Shown here in pieces: positions 47,601-57,673 of a stretch of DNA of 64,000 nt. Positions within the stretch are counted from its first letter, which is position 1. Each line of letters starts with the position of its first letter. The stretch is from contig CAMCTJ010000005.1 in assembly GCA_945878405.1 (NCBI GenBank), positions 22,350-86,349 on the forward strand, read 5' to 3'. The notes beneath the pieces were generated by a model. That model was not told the origin of the DNA, did not search any database, and was given only the letters and a program-made list of their open reading frames with translations. Position numbers and translations under genes: made by a program. This DNA is from Bdellovibrio sp. ZAP7 (GTDB lineage Bacteria; Bdellovibrionota; FAC87; UBA2466).

Positions 47601-48707
47601 ATGATTTCCATTCACCAGTTTCATTATCGAGCTAGTGCGGGGGAAGCGGTTACCCAACACATGCTTTTTATTCGTGAAGCTTTGGCGGAGGCAGGTATCG
47701 GAGGAAAGATTTTTTCAGTCCAAAGAAAAAATCTTCCTCAAGGAAAAGTTCAAGCGTGGTCACCGGACTCAGCTTGGGACTGCGATCTTCTCCTCATCCA
47801 TCATTCGCAATACAATCCTAACCTAAAAGAACTTCTCTCCATTGAAGTGCCCAAAGCAGTGATTTATCACTCTCAACCTCCAGCGAGTTTGTTTTCCTAT
47901 GATCCAGAAGTAAAAAAAAATCTGGAAATAGGAAAAAAACAATTGGGTCTGTTGAAGCGAAAAGGGTTAGTTGCTTTGGGAGTTTCTCAGTTCGCCGTCG
48001 CGGAGCTTGCTCGGCTTGGTTTTAAAAATACGGGAGTGATTCCTCTGATGCACCTAGAATCCCAGCCAGCCGTGATGGGATCCGTAGAAAAGAATGAGCC
48101 GAAACACCTTCTGTTTGTTGGAAAACTAGCACCTCATAAGAAGCAATCTCTTTTGGTTGAGACTTTTTATCATTTAAGAAAAGAACTGCCTCCGCAATCC
48201 CAGTTGCACTTAGTCGGAACGGGAGATCCTCTCTACACCAAATATTTAAGACTCCTCATTAAGCAGCTGGGTTTAAGCCAGTCTGTGATTTTGACGGGAA
48301 AGCTTACTGATTCCAATTTGAGTGAATATTATGCTCTGGCAGATGCGTTTATTTGTATGAGCGAATACGAAGGGTTTTGTATTCCCGTGGTAGAAGCCAT
48401 GAGAGCACAGGTGCCGGTATTTTATCGATCCCTTACTGGAATTAAAGAAACCATGGGCGGAGCGGGAGTCGAGCTCTTAACAAATGACCCGATTCAGAAT
48501 GCCCTCATCCTCAAGCAGTTTTTAAATAGTCCAACTACTTTAAAAGCTGTTTTAGCCAGGCAGCAAATGAGACTCAAGAGTTTAAGCAGTTTTCAGAATC
48601 GAAAAACAGTACAGGAACAGATTTTAAAACTGTGCAGTCGCAAACCGGTTTTCACACTTCCTGCTTCTCCCAATAAAAATTCCTATGATGCCTCACTCAC
48701 TTTTTGA
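47601..48707 (+). CDS. glycosyltransferase family 4 (GT-B)
   Basis: EX7E region SEYEGFCIPVVEAMRAQVPV. Confidence 0.75.
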   Translation: MISIHQFHYRASAGEAVTQHMLFIREALAEAGIGGKIFSVQRKNLPQGKVQAWSPDSAWDCDLLLIHHSQYNPNLKELLSIEVPKAVIYHSQPPASLFSYDPEVKKNLEIGKKQLGLLKRKGLVALGVSQFAVAELARLGFKNTGVIPLMHLESQPAVMGSVEKNEPKHLLFVGKLAPHKKQSLLVETFYHLRKELPPQSQLHLVGTGDPLYTKYLRLLIKQLGLSQSVILTGKLTDSNLSEYYALADAFICMSEYEGFCIPVVEAMRAQVPVFYRSLTGIKETMGGAGVELLTNDPIQNALILKQFLNSPTTLKAVLARQQMRLKSLSSFQNRKTVQEQILKLCSRKPVFTLPASPNKNSYDASLTF

Positions 48708-49302
48708 GTCGTTAGCTGCGTATCAGAAAACGTGGTTTGAAAAGTGGCTCAATCCCTTTCAAGAAGACAAGAAAATCGTGGAGAGGTTTCAGACCCTCTT
48801 TTTAAACACCGACTCTCCGTTTTCAAGAGATCAATTCCCGGGGCACCTTACCGGGAGTTGTTTCCTTCTGGATCCTTCGCATGGGAAGATTCTGCTGCTT
48901 CATCATAAGAAACTAGAAAAGTGGCTGCAGATGGGCGGTCATTGTGACGGCGAGTGCGAAATGGCTCAAGTAGCGTTGCGAGAAGCTGAGGAAGAGTCTG
49001 GATGTAAAGACTTAAGTCTTTTGTCTTCTCAAATTATCGATTTGGATATTCATCTTATCCCCGAAAGAAAAAATGAGCCGGAGCATTTTCATTATGACGT
49101 CAGGTACCTTGGGGTTTGCCATTCTCCAGAGAAGATTCAGTTGGCAGAGGAAGAGTCCAATGACCTTGCCTGGTTCCCATTCGAGAAAGCTTTTCAAATG
49201 GCAAAAGAAACCAGCATGCACCGGGTATTTAGAAAGGTAGAGTTCCTACAGTCCAAGGGGCTTTTGAGCTCGCACAGGGCGGGGTGCGAGAACCTACTTT
49301 GA
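48685..49302 (+). CDS. NUDIX hydrolase
   Basis: Nudix box GGHCDGECEMAQVALREAEEESG. Confidence 0.7.
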   Translation: MMPHSLFESLAAYQKTWFEKWLNPFQEDKKIVERFQTLFLNTDSPFSRDQFPGHLTGSCFLLDPSHGKILLLHHKKLEKWLQMGGHCDGECEMAQVALREAEEESGCKDLSLLSSQIIDLDIHLIPERKNEPEHFHYDVRYLGVCHSPEKIQLAEEESNDLAWFPFEKAFQMAKETSMHRVFRKVEFLQSKGLLSSHRAGCENLL

Positions 49303-50416
49303 TTCGAGCAAAGCCCTTTCGATTTACGCGTTCAAATCTCAAATCTGAAAAGTAGAGGCCCGTTTCATCTTTCCAAAAATAGGGTGCTCGAGAAAACTGG
49401 AGAAAATCTCTGACATCACAAAACTGGTCTCTCAGTGTTTTGACTTCCGTAATCGAGATCAAAAGTTCTGTCGGCTCCTGTCCCCCAAAGAAGCGAAGAT
49501 CGGAGCAAGCAGTGTGATTAATAATGCTAGGAAAAGGCGCGACCAGTCTTCGCTTCAATCGAAGGTGAGTTTCCGATTGCTCCACTGAAACAACTACCCA
49601 ACAAAGGGGATTTACGGGCAGGGGAGAAAGAATGGGGTCGATTAATTTGTATTGTGGATCTTGGGAAGATTCCGCTTGCACCATTTTGAGAGTAACGCGA
49701 TTGCCCAGTTCAAAAAATAGCAGCAGTGTGGCAAGAGCCGACCAAGTCAAAATCACTCTTCCGTGATCTTTCAGTAAGAAAAGTGTGACCAAAATAAAAA
49801 GAGTCCAAGCAGTGAGAACACCGCACATGAGAGAAGGCACGACTCCTAAGCCCCAAGAAAGAGTCAGTCCCAGAACCGCCAGGGTGGCGTAAAGCGTTTT
49901 TCCTTTCTTAGTGGGGGCGAGTAAAAATAAGAACGGAGTGAGCGTAGCCCAAGCCCAGGGCTCAAGCACAAAGACCCAGTCGCCGTATTTCCAGGTATTA
50001 TCGATTGGCCAGAAGGGATGAACACCATAGTTATTTAAAAAATCGAGTGTGATGTGGGTGAGGGGCGCCAGAAAAGCCATCCAGGAAATCCATTTCCATT
50101 CTTTTGTGAAATGAAACCGCTTTAAAACGTGTTGGAAGAAAGCACAGATACCGAGCATCAGAAGACCTTGAAGAAGTGCGATAGGGACTGTGTGTGTGTG
50201 GCCGCGGTGATGCAGGAGATTTCCCAATTGGGGATTTGCGTGCATCAGAGGGGCATACAGAAAATCAAAATCCGGTAAGTTATTTCCAAATACAGAAGCG
50301 AGAAAAAGCGCTCGTCGAGTTTGAGGAGCTAGAGTGCGCTTCGTGCTTTCTGGCAGAGCCACCCAGAGCGTTTCAGAAACGGTCGCGCCAAAAAGGGAGT
50401 GAGTGATGTTATCCAT
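49229..50416 (-). CDS. membrane-bound metal-dependent hydrolase (YdjM/DUF457-like) with C-terminal extension
   Basis: N-terminus MDNITHSLFGA typical of the DUF457 family. Multiple TM. His-rich. Confidence 0.5.
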   Translation of the reverse strand: MDNITHSLFGATVSETLWVALPESTKRTLAPQTRRALFLASVFGNNLPDFDFLYAPLMHANPQLGNLLHHRGHTHTVPIALLQGLLMLGICAFFQHVLKRFHFTKEWKWISWMAFLAPLTHITLDFLNNYGVHPFWPIDNTWKYGDWVFVLEPWAWATLTPFLFLLAPTKKGKTLYATLAVLGLTLSWGLGVVPSLMCGVLTAWTLFILVTLFLLKDHGRVILTWSALATLLLFFELGNRVTLKMVQAESSQDPQYKLIDPILSPLPVNPLCWVVVSVEQSETHLRLKRRLVAPFPSIINHTACSDLRFFGGQEPTELLISITEVKTLRDQFCDVRDFLQFSRAPYFWKDETGLYFSDLRFERVNRKGFARIKVGSRTPPCASSKAPWTVGTLPF

Positions 50417-50423
50417 GTGGGGC

Positions 50424-50750
50424 TTAAGCGGCTTCCAGTTTGACTACGTAGTTAAAGCCATCTTTCTTGACAATGTCTTGAAGAGCCAACGCAATAAAGT
50501 GCTTTTGCGAATAACCCAGCTTTTTTGCAAAGGTTGCCGCCCGAGCGGGACTCACTGTTTTTCTCCCCTGTTCGATATCACAGAGATGAGATCTCGAAAT
50601 TCCAAGCTTCTTCGAAAAATCGGTTAAAGTTGCATCTTCCCCGAGTCTTATAGCTTCAAGCAAGCCGGAAAAGCTTAACGATTTTTTGGAAAGACGGTTT
50701 AGTAAATGGGAGGCATCTAAATATTTGGGCTCTTTGGGGCTAATAGACAT
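50424..50750 (-). CDS. XRE-family HTH antitoxin (HigA-like)
   Basis: HTH LGISRSHLCDIEQGRK. 108 aa. 11-nt overlap with the upstream toxin gene. Confidence 0.6.
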   Translation of the reverse strand: MSISPKEPKYLDASHLLNRLSKKSLSFSGLLEAIRLGEDATLTDFSKKLGISRSHLCDIEQGRKTVSPARAATFAKKLGYSQKHFIALALQDIVKKDGFNYVVKLEAA

Positions 50751-51024
50751 GTTTTGTTACCTCTTCAATGAGTATCAAATGAGATTCAGATTTAGTAATT
50801 TTGTAAATAGCTCTATAAGAACGACTTAACCTAACGGAACGCTGTCCCTGGCGGGTTCCAAGCAAAGGTTCATCGTGAAAGCCCGGCCATTTTCTCATTT
50901 CAAATAATCCAAACCTTTCTACACCATCTTTCCAAGCCATGAGTTTAAGAACAACATGCTGCGGGGCTGTTTCGATATTTTTCAGTGCTCGTCGGCTAAT
51001 AGCCACGCGATAGTTGATTGCCAT
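50740..51024 (-). CDS. RelE/ParE-superfamily toxin (HigB-like mRNA interferase)
   Basis: FHDEPLLGTRQGQRSVRLSRSYRAIY...LILIEEVTKH fits the HigB/RelE pattern. Start probably MAINY (track 51054). Confidence 0.6.
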   Translation of the reverse strand: MAINYRVAISRRALKNIETAPQHVVLKLMAWKDGVERFGLFEMRKWPGFHDEPLLGTRQGQRSVRLSRSYRAIYKITKSESHLILIEEVTKHVY

Positions 51025-51214
51025 TTTTGTACACCTTCCAGGTGAATTAATCAAGACCCGTTTTACTGTCTTTGGTTAGGGGCTGAATGGCAAAGGGACA
51101 GGGGCGCATGGTGTTGCAAGCCACCAAAAGTAAAGCCGTACCTTTGGGTGGGGGGCCTTTTGGGCAAAAAAAAACGGGAGGGCCGAAGCCCTCCCGTTCC
51201 ACTAAGCACGAGGC

Positions 51215-52261
51215 TTAGAATTTGTAGACAGCTGACAGTGTATAAGCACTGCTGTTTTGGCTTGTAGCGCCAGAAGTAGCTTTGGTGCTTGTCCACTTGT
51301 AGTCAGCGCGCAGTCTCAAGTCATCAGTCATTGTGGCTTGAGGACCAACAGTGACTTCAAACGTGGAGTTAGCGCCATTAGCTGTATGCCAAGTTGAACC
51401 AGAAGCTGAACCAACTTTGCTCAGGTAATTTGGACGAATTCCGAACGCCCACATTTTATCCCAGTTGTAGTTGATCGTTCCACCAACTGCGAAACCGCTC
51501 TCAGCTCCGGATGTAGCCACTTTTGTGAAAAGGGCTTGAGCATCGATAGTCCAGTCAGACATTTTTGTTCCTGCCATGACTTCGATGATGGAGTGGGTTT
51601 CTGTATTAGGTTTATGGAGGTAAATTCCAGCACCAACATACATCATATCCATTGTGTATTTACCAAGGACTCCGTATTCCAAGTTTTCACCATTTGGTCG
51701 AGCATCAGCAGCAGTTGTACTGGTTGCTGTTGCAACGTTTCCGCTTGGTCGTGATGCAATCCCCATTACAGTCACGGGACCGCGACCGTAGGTCAGCATC
51801 AAGCCGTTGTGCATGCGGGGCAGAGCTCCGAAAATAGCACCTTGGCTCGTGTAGGGTCCAAGACCGACGGTGTCGTTTGCTTCGTTCAAGAACGGAGAAT
51901 CGAAACGACCTAATTGCCATGTTAAGCCGAAGTCATAGCCCCAGCTGATGTAGGCTTGAGCTTTGGTGTTGAAAGAGCGGAATGCTGATGTAAAGCCAGC
52001 GTTTGCAGTTTGGGTTACGTTATCAGCTCTGTAGCTAAAAGGAACGTCAACCATCATTTTTCCGCGGCCAAGTTCTTTGCTTAAGTAAATTGCGCCGTCA
52101 GCAATTTGGGAGTTAAGGTTTGTGTCAGGTAGGCCAGCGTTTTGTCCGCCACCCACTTGAGCGTCAATGAACCCACCGAGTCCTGCGAATGCGGGAACTG
52201 CTAACCAGCCCACCGCCACTAGTACTGCTGTTTTTTTAATACTACTTAGATGTTTATTCAT
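51215..52261 (-). CDS. outer-membrane porin-like beta-barrel protein
   Basis: Signal peptide ...PAFAG. Amphipathic beta pattern. C-terminal ...YTLSAVYKF. RBS GGAG. Confidence 0.5.
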   Translation of the reverse strand: MNKHLSSIKKTAVLVAVGWLAVPAFAGLGGFIDAQVGGGQNAGLPDTNLNSQIADGAIYLSKELGRGKMMVDVPFSYRADNVTQTANAGFTSAFRSFNTKAQAYISWGYDFGLTWQLGRFDSPFLNEANDTVGLGPYTSQGAIFGALPRMHNGLMLTYGRGPVTVMGIASRPSGNVATATSTTAADARPNGENLEYGVLGKYTMDMMYVGAGIYLHKPNTETHSIIEVMAGTKMSDWTIDAQALFTKVATSGAESGFAVGGTINYNWDKMWAFGIRPNYLSKVGSASGSTWHTANGANSTFEVTVGPQATMTDDLRLRADYKWTSTKATSGATSQNSSAYTLSAVYKF

Positions 52262-52479
52262 GCTTGTGTCTCCGTGAAATTGGTAGCTACCAACCAGAGT
52301 TAATCTAAATTAGTGAAAACCAACTTTGATTTTCACCACCCCAGATCCTCATTTCTCTTATGAAATGCTCTGGTTACAAATAGTGTGACAGATTGTTAAC
52401 AAGAAGCAAGAGGGTCGCGTTAAAAAAAATTACGCGCGTTAGTAAGTTTTGTTGCTGTGGGCTATTGCATCGCAAAAAA

Positions 52480-52857
52480 TTAGCGAGCTTTTGCTTTTCC
52501 TTGATGAGGAAGTTCGGGAGCTAAGTCTTGTCCAAATTTATCTCCATGACGAGACATCTTGTGAGCGGCATTGTGGCCTTTTTTCTTTTCGCGCTCTTTC
52601 TTCATTTGGTTTTCTATTTTCACAACCGCTTGGTCGATAGAGGCGTACAGGTCATCGCTCTTCGCGGTTGCGACCATGTCGTGATACTCCGCGTGACATG
52701 TCAGTTCCACTACGTGTTCGCCGCGACTGACGCTTAAGATTGCGTGAATTTCCATGGGGTAGGAAATGTACTTTTCAAACTTGCTTGTTTTCTTTTCAAC
52801 GTAAGCTTTGATGGCTTCTGTGGATTCGATGTTTTTAAAAGTGATGTTGAGACCCAT
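52480..52857 (-). CDS. hpf: ribosome hibernation promoting factor (sigma-54 modulation protein)
   Basis: MGLNITFKNIESTEAIKAYVEKK...HDMVATAKSDDLYASID is the HPF/RaiA fold signature. Downstream of rpoN. Confidence 0.8.
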   Translation of the reverse strand: MGLNITFKNIESTEAIKAYVEKKTSKFEKYISYPMEIHAILSVSRGEHVVELTCHAEYHDMVATAKSDDLYASIDQAVVKIENQMKKEREKKKGHNAAHKMSRHGDKFGQDLAPELPHQGKAKAR

Positions 52858-52942
52858 GGCTTTCTCCTTATGGTGAAACAAGCTAGTTACTACTCAGAAA
52901 ACGGCTTTCGGGGAGTAATTCTTTAGAGGAACATTGTGCTGC

Positions 52943-54370
52943 TTAGAACACTTTTTTGCGTTTTGAAGAGGGTAAAATCCCCAGCATTTCCCTATACTTA
53001 GCCACTGTGCGTCGAGCGATGTTGATGTTTTCCTTAAGAAGGAGCTCGACTATCTTTTGATCGCTGTAAGGATTCTTCGGAGGTTCTTGGGCCACAATCG
53101 CTTTTACCTTTTCTTTTACGCTTTCTGAAGCCACATCGGAACCACTCACTCTGCTAATCCCGCTATTAAAGAAGAACTTCAATTCGAAGATTCCTCTGGG
53201 GGTATGCACATATTTTGCGGTGGTTACGCGGCTGATGGTGGATTCGTGCATTCCAATATCGTTCGCAACGTCACGTAGAACCATGGGCTTTAAGAACGCA
53301 ATCCCTTTATCAAAGAACTCCCGTTGCTGTCGGACAATGCTTTCAGTTACTTTGAAAATCGTTCGCTGACGCTGGTGGATACTGCGAATGAGCCAAACGG
53401 CCGATCGGAGTTTTCCCTGCACATAGTCTTTAGTTTGCGCTTGAGAGAACTCACCTTTTTCGAGGAGGTTCTTGTAGAAAGAAGAAATCTTTAACTTGGG
53501 GAGTCCATCTTCATTGAGCATCACTACGTATTCTTCACCCCGTTTAACAATATAAATATCGGGAATAATATAGTGTGAAGGAGCGCCTCCAAAAGCTCGA
53601 CCTGGTTTCGGCTCTAGTTCTTCAATGATTTTTATTCTCTTAATAATCTCTTCCATGGAAAGGCCCAGTGCTTTTGAAATGGCCTGATAATTTTTCTTTT
53701 CAAGATCGGGAAGATGATTCTCTACGATTTTTTCGAGCATCTCATCTTCTCGTTTCATGTCGTAGATCTGAACGAGTAGGCATTCTTTGAGATCTCTAGA
53801 AGCGACGCCAATCGGGTCAAAGTTTTGAATGGTATAAAGAACTGCTTCCACTTCATGGGGGTCAAAATTTTCTTTTTGAGCCATTTCCTCGACGGTTGTG
53901 GTCAAATATCCATCTTCGTTGATGTTACCAATGATGACCTCTCCAATAGCTCTTTCTTTCTCTGCAAGTCCTCCCAGTTGGAGTTGCCACAGCAAATGAT
54001 CCGTAAGATTTGCAGTTTGGGTCAGGGTGCTTTCATAAGAAGGTAGCTCGTCTTCTCCCCCTCGATAAACGGGCAAGCTTGGAGTCGAGCGAACATTCTC
54101 TAAATAATTTTCCCAATTAAAATCTTCTGAAGCTTGGGGATTTTCCTCAACTTTGGAACCTTCGGGAGCTGCTTCCACTTCGTTCATGGATTGCGTGGTG
54201 CTCTCTGACTCCGATGACTCATCGAGGGTCGGATTATCGACGAGTTCCGTGTTGATGAGATTTTCTAATTCCATTCGAGAGAGCTGCAAAAGCTTAATAG
54301 CCTGTTGCAGTTGAGGGGTCATGACTAGGTTTTGTCCTAGTTGTAGCGACTGCTTCATTCCAATGGCCAT
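52943..54370 (-). CDS. rpoN: RNA polymerase sigma-54 factor
   Basis: Q-rich N-terminus. RpoN box ARRTVAKYRE. HTH. Confidence 0.9.
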   Translation of the reverse strand: MAIGMKQSLQLGQNLVMTPQLQQAIKLLQLSRMELENLINTELVDNPTLDESSESESTTQSMNEVEAAPEGSKVEENPQASEDFNWENYLENVRSTPSLPVYRGGEDELPSYESTLTQTANLTDHLLWQLQLGGLAEKERAIGEVIIGNINEDGYLTTTVEEMAQKENFDPHEVEAVLYTIQNFDPIGVASRDLKECLLVQIYDMKREDEMLEKIVENHLPDLEKKNYQAISKALGLSMEEIIKRIKIIEELEPKPGRAFGGAPSHYIIPDIYIVKRGEEYVVMLNEDGLPKLKISSFYKNLLEKGEFSQAQTKDYVQGKLRSAVWLIRSIHQRQRTIFKVTESIVRQQREFFDKGIAFLKPMVLRDVANDIGMHESTISRVTTAKYVHTPRGIFELKFFFNSGISRVSGSDVASESVKEKVKAIVAQEPPKNPYSDQKIVELLLKENINIARRTVAKYREMLGILPSSKRKKVF

Positions 54371-54382
54371 ATTTATGCTCTC

Positions 54383-55102
54383 TTACAGTTTAAAGTTTTC
54401 ACCCAAATAAAACTTCCTAGCCGATTCATCACTCACAATTTCCTCTGGTGAACCGTGCATCCAAATTCTTCCGTCTTTGATCAAATACGCTTCATCACAA
54501 CTACTCAAAGTTTCTCGCACATTGTGATCCGTAATGATTACGCCAATGCCCTTTTCTTTCAGCCCCTTGATGATTCCCTGAATCTCAATCACTGCGAGAG
54601 GATCAATTCCCGCATAAGGCTCATCCAACAATAAAAACTTTGGATTTAAGATCAGCGCCCGTGCAATTTCTAAACGTCGCCGCTCACCCCCCGAGAGATT
54701 GACCGCTTTACTTTTCGCAAGTCTTAAAATTCCCAAATCCGAAAGCGCTTTCTCTGCTCGGTCCTTTCTTTCTTGTCGGCTGATTTTCAAGTTCTCCAAA
54801 ACAAGGAATAGATTTTCTTCGACGCTAAGCCTCCTGAAAACCGTAGCCTCCTGCGGCAAGTAGCCCAAACCTTGGCGAGCTCGCTCAAAAATCGGTTCAT
54901 CGACTAAATCCACACCGCCCAAGGTAACTTTACCAGAATCTGGCTTTACTAGGCCTACGACCATATAAAAGGTCGTGGTTTTTCCGGCCCCATTGGGTCC
55001 CAAAAGTCCCACTACTTTTCCGCTTTCAATCGAAAAGCTGACAGAATTCACCACTTGGCGACTTTTATAACTTTTTGAGAGATTACTGACCTCTAACTTC
55101 AT
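54383..55102 (-). CDS. lptB: LPS export ABC transporter ATPase LptB
   Basis: Walker A GPNGAGKTT. LSGGERRRLEIARAL. Upstream of rpoN as in the lptAB-rpoN-hpf cluster. Confidence 0.85.
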   Translation of the reverse strand: MKLEVSNLSKSYKSRQVVNSVSFSIESGKVVGLLGPNGAGKTTTFYMVVGLVKPDSGKVTLGGVDLVDEPIFERARQGLGYLPQEATVFRRLSVEENLFLVLENLKISRQERKDRAEKALSDLGILRLAKSKAVNLSGGERRRLEIARALILNPKFLLLDEPYAGIDPLAVIEIQGIIKGLKEKGIGVIITDHNVRETLSSCDEAYLIKDGRIWMHGSPEEIVSDESARKFYLGENFKL

Positions 55103-56061
55103 TGTTTTGAACTCCCCGAGGCTTCATCGACTTCAATCCGATCGTCGTCGGTGTAAATTTTTATTCGACGTCCTTCAATCCGGTTGTCCTCTGAATCGAT
55201 GCGAGCTCTACCTTCTAAAATAATTTCAGTCCCGTTGAGCTCTATCAGAGCACTCTCCGCACTTGCTATTCTCCCTCGATTCTTGAGAAAGACGTTTCCG
55301 GAAGCTGCTACGGTTTCGTCGTCTTGATCCATGCTGAGTTCGAAAACATCACAGGTAATCGAAGTAGACGGCATTCTGGCATTTACATTACCCATGAAAA
55401 CAGAGCGAGATTCATGAGTAAAAAACTGACCAGAATCCGAAACAATTTTTAACGCCCCGGCCCCTTTCATTTTTCTCTCAGCGGAGACTTTCTTTTTCAG
55501 CAAAAATTCCTCGCGGTTGATGTCTGCTTGAAGACCCAATCCCGATAAGGACATGCTCGGTTTTGAAACATTGGGCCCCTTCATACGAACAAAGTCCTCC
55601 GACGTAAATTCATGGTGAGTACTATTGTAATTCATTTTGTCCATTTCAAAGAGATAACCCTTTTTGGATTGGATAGTGACGTGACCTTCTAACTCGATAA
55701 TATTTTTATCGTCCCAAGATCTCCCATAATCACTCTGAGTCGTGACGACATTTCCCGTATTTTTGGCAAAAAACTCAGCTTTGACGTCTGTCAGGAAAGC
55801 ATAATTTTCTTTCCGATGAAGTTCTGCAAACTTTGATTCGATGTGCCAGTGTTTAACCCCTTGCGAGGACTCATAGTACCGAACTCCTGCCAGTCCAAAA
55901 TTCGCTTTAGTGGATACTGACTTATAAAGCCCTTCTCCTGTTTTTGATTCAGGAGTTCGAGATTCTTCACCGCTGGGTTGATGAGTCGAGGATGGCCAAA
56001 CAAGGAGCAAGAGGGCCCAAAGCGTACTGAGAACGATCATTTGGCGTTTAGAAATATCCAC
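55099..56061 (-). CDS. lptA: LptA/OstA-family periplasmic LPS transport protein (320 aa, possibly LptC/LptA-like)
   Basis: N-terminal TM/signal. Beta-jellyroll-like repeats. 4-bp overlap with lptB. Position in the lpt cluster. Confidence 0.45.
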   Translation of the reverse strand: MDISKRQMIVLSTLWALLLLVWPSSTHQPSGEESRTPESKTGEGLYKSVSTKANFGLAGVRYYESSQGVKHWHIESKFAELHRKENYAFLTDVKAEFFAKNTGNVVTTQSDYGRSWDDKNIIELEGHVTIQSKKGYLFEMDKMNYNSTHHEFTSEDFVRMKGPNVSKPSMSLSGLGLQADINREEFLLKKKVSAERKMKGAGALKIVSDSGQFFTHESRSVFMGNVNARMPSTSITCDVFELSMDQDDETVAASGNVFLKNRGRIASAESALIELNGTEIILEGRARIDSEDNRIEGRRIKIYTDDDRIEVDEASGSSKQ

Positions 56062-56117
56062 TCAGTCAAAATAGCACTAACTCCCAGCGCTTTGAACTCA
56101 ATTCAATTGGGCTTACA

Positions 56118-57659
56118 ATGTTAGCTATGCGACAAAAATCATTCGTTTTCAGCTTGGTGGGACTTTTTTTTCTCGTTTTTCTGGAAAGGGCCATCGCTTC
56201 TCCTTCTCTGGACCAACAATACGGCTTTAAAAACTTTGTGATTGCCGTGCTCGCTTCACCCGCAGAGCCCATCCATTCAAAGCAGGTCGAAAATGAACTG
56301 ATTTCTCAAATTCAAAAGCGGATGCGATTTAGTTATCAAGCCGCTCCTTCAAGTGAACTCAAGAAAAGCTTAGAAGCCATTTCAGGACCCAGTGTCGCGG
56401 GCAATCTAACGGAGCGATTAGAAATTTATCGTCCTACTCTCCAAGCATTGAAAGAAAAGAAAACCGATGCTGCGATTCTTGCTGAGCTTGTTCGTCGAGA
56501 TGAGTTTTTTGATCTTACAATGACTCTGGTGAGTATCGAGCCAGGAGAAGTGATGGCTCAAGCAGTTCAGAAAATCGATCCTCCCTTTTCTCAAGACAGA
56601 ATGGTTCAAAAAACAGCCCAAGCTTTTTTGGAACTGTCTCAAAATATTCCGTTTGATGGAACGGTCTTAAAACGAGATGGGTATCTGGTTGTTTTGGATG
56701 GTGGAAAAGGAACTTTTGCCCCGGGAATGAGGCTCCCTACTTTCACTTTAGAAAAAGAGGAAGGAAAAATCTCCTTTAATGAAACAGGGCAAATTTTAGT
56801 TCAAAAAGTGGAGGACAATCTTTCCTTTGGAAGGGTTTTGGTGGAGAAAAAGCCTCTGGAAGTCTTGAGTGGGAATAAAATTCGTCTTTCTGAGAAGCTT
56901 GCGACGAATGATGTCCCAGAGCTTATGCAATCAGTTACAGATGCTAATCGAGATCCGGCTTCCGAACTTGTTGCAGATTTTGAAGTGACAAAAGGTGAAG
57001 TGGGGCGGCTTGCAGTTAATTTTGGAACAGATTTGGTGGAATTTAAGAATAATTTTGTGGCGGGGGGAGGAGATTCCACTAATTTATTTTTTCCCGGATC
57101 TCAGCTGGAAGGAGAACTGTGGTTCACAAGTCGATGGTTCATGGATACAAGTCTTGGTTTTGGTTTTGGAAAGTTTCAGAAACAGTCATCTAGTCTCTCT
57201 AATTTTCGGCTGCAGTTCGGTTATCGGATGAATATTCTAGCTCCCGAGCGCGGTCCCGTGGTTTATGCGAAATTGGGCTATGGAAAACAGTCCTACAATC
57301 TCGGAACGGCCGAGCCCATTCGCTTCTCTAGTATCACCTACGGAGGTATGCTTCTCTCGGGAGGTGTCCGTATTCCCTATGATGATGCTTTAAATCTGGG
57401 TGCGGAAATCAATACTTTGATTTTTCCCTCTATTGCTGAAGCTCCGCTTTCTTCAGGATCCAATCAAAGTCAAATAAACTGTTGGGACTTTGTTTTTAAA
57501 GGCACTTACTCTTTGAATTCAAAAGTTGATTTGGAAGGCCGTTTGATTTTTAGAAATTCGGGGGCAAGTTTTAGCGGTGATACCGATCGTCCCGATCCGA
57601 TTAGTCAGGTATCCCAAAGTTCTAAAATTCTTCAATTGGGTGTTTCATATTACTTTTAA
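56118..57659 (+). CDS. hypothetical outer-membrane protein
   Basis: Signal peptide. C-terminal beta-barrel-like region ending GVSYYF. Confidence 0.4.
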   Translation: MLAMRQKSFVFSLVGLFFLVFLERAIASPSLDQQYGFKNFVIAVLASPAEPIHSKQVENELISQIQKRMRFSYQAAPSSELKKSLEAISGPSVAGNLTERLEIYRPTLQALKEKKTDAAILAELVRRDEFFDLTMTLVSIEPGEVMAQAVQKIDPPFSQDRMVQKTAQAFLELSQNIPFDGTVLKRDGYLVVLDGGKGTFAPGMRLPTFTLEKEEGKISFNETGQILVQKVEDNLSFGRVLVEKKPLEVLSGNKIRLSEKLATNDVPELMQSVTDANRDPASELVADFEVTKGEVGRLAVNFGTDLVEFKNNFVAGGGDSTNLFFPGSQLEGELWFTSRWFMDTSLGFGFGKFQKQSSSLSNFRLQFGYRMNILAPERGPVVYAKLGYGKQSYNLGTAEPIRFSSITYGGMLLSGGVRIPYDDALNLGAEINTLIFPSIAEAPLSSGSNQSQINCWDFVFKGTYSLNSKVDLEGRLIFRNSGASFSGDTDRPDPISQVSQSSKILQLGVSYYF

Positions 57660-57673
57660 GGAATCGTGATCTC

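Noticed and set aside
47194-47604. 136-aa ORF overlapping the thiolase 3' end; possible 54-aa sub-ORF from ATG 47440 whose TGA overlaps the GT4 start
   Set aside because: The first 45 codons overlap the thiolase in another frame. The remaining small ORF has no motif or RBS evidence. It is kept only as a possible leader peptide.
52400-52430. CGCGTT-A8-TT-ACGCG hairpin downstream of hpf
   Set aside because: Only a 5-bp stem with an A/T-rich loop. The T-run is inside the loop, not 3' of the stem. It is a weak terminator candidate.
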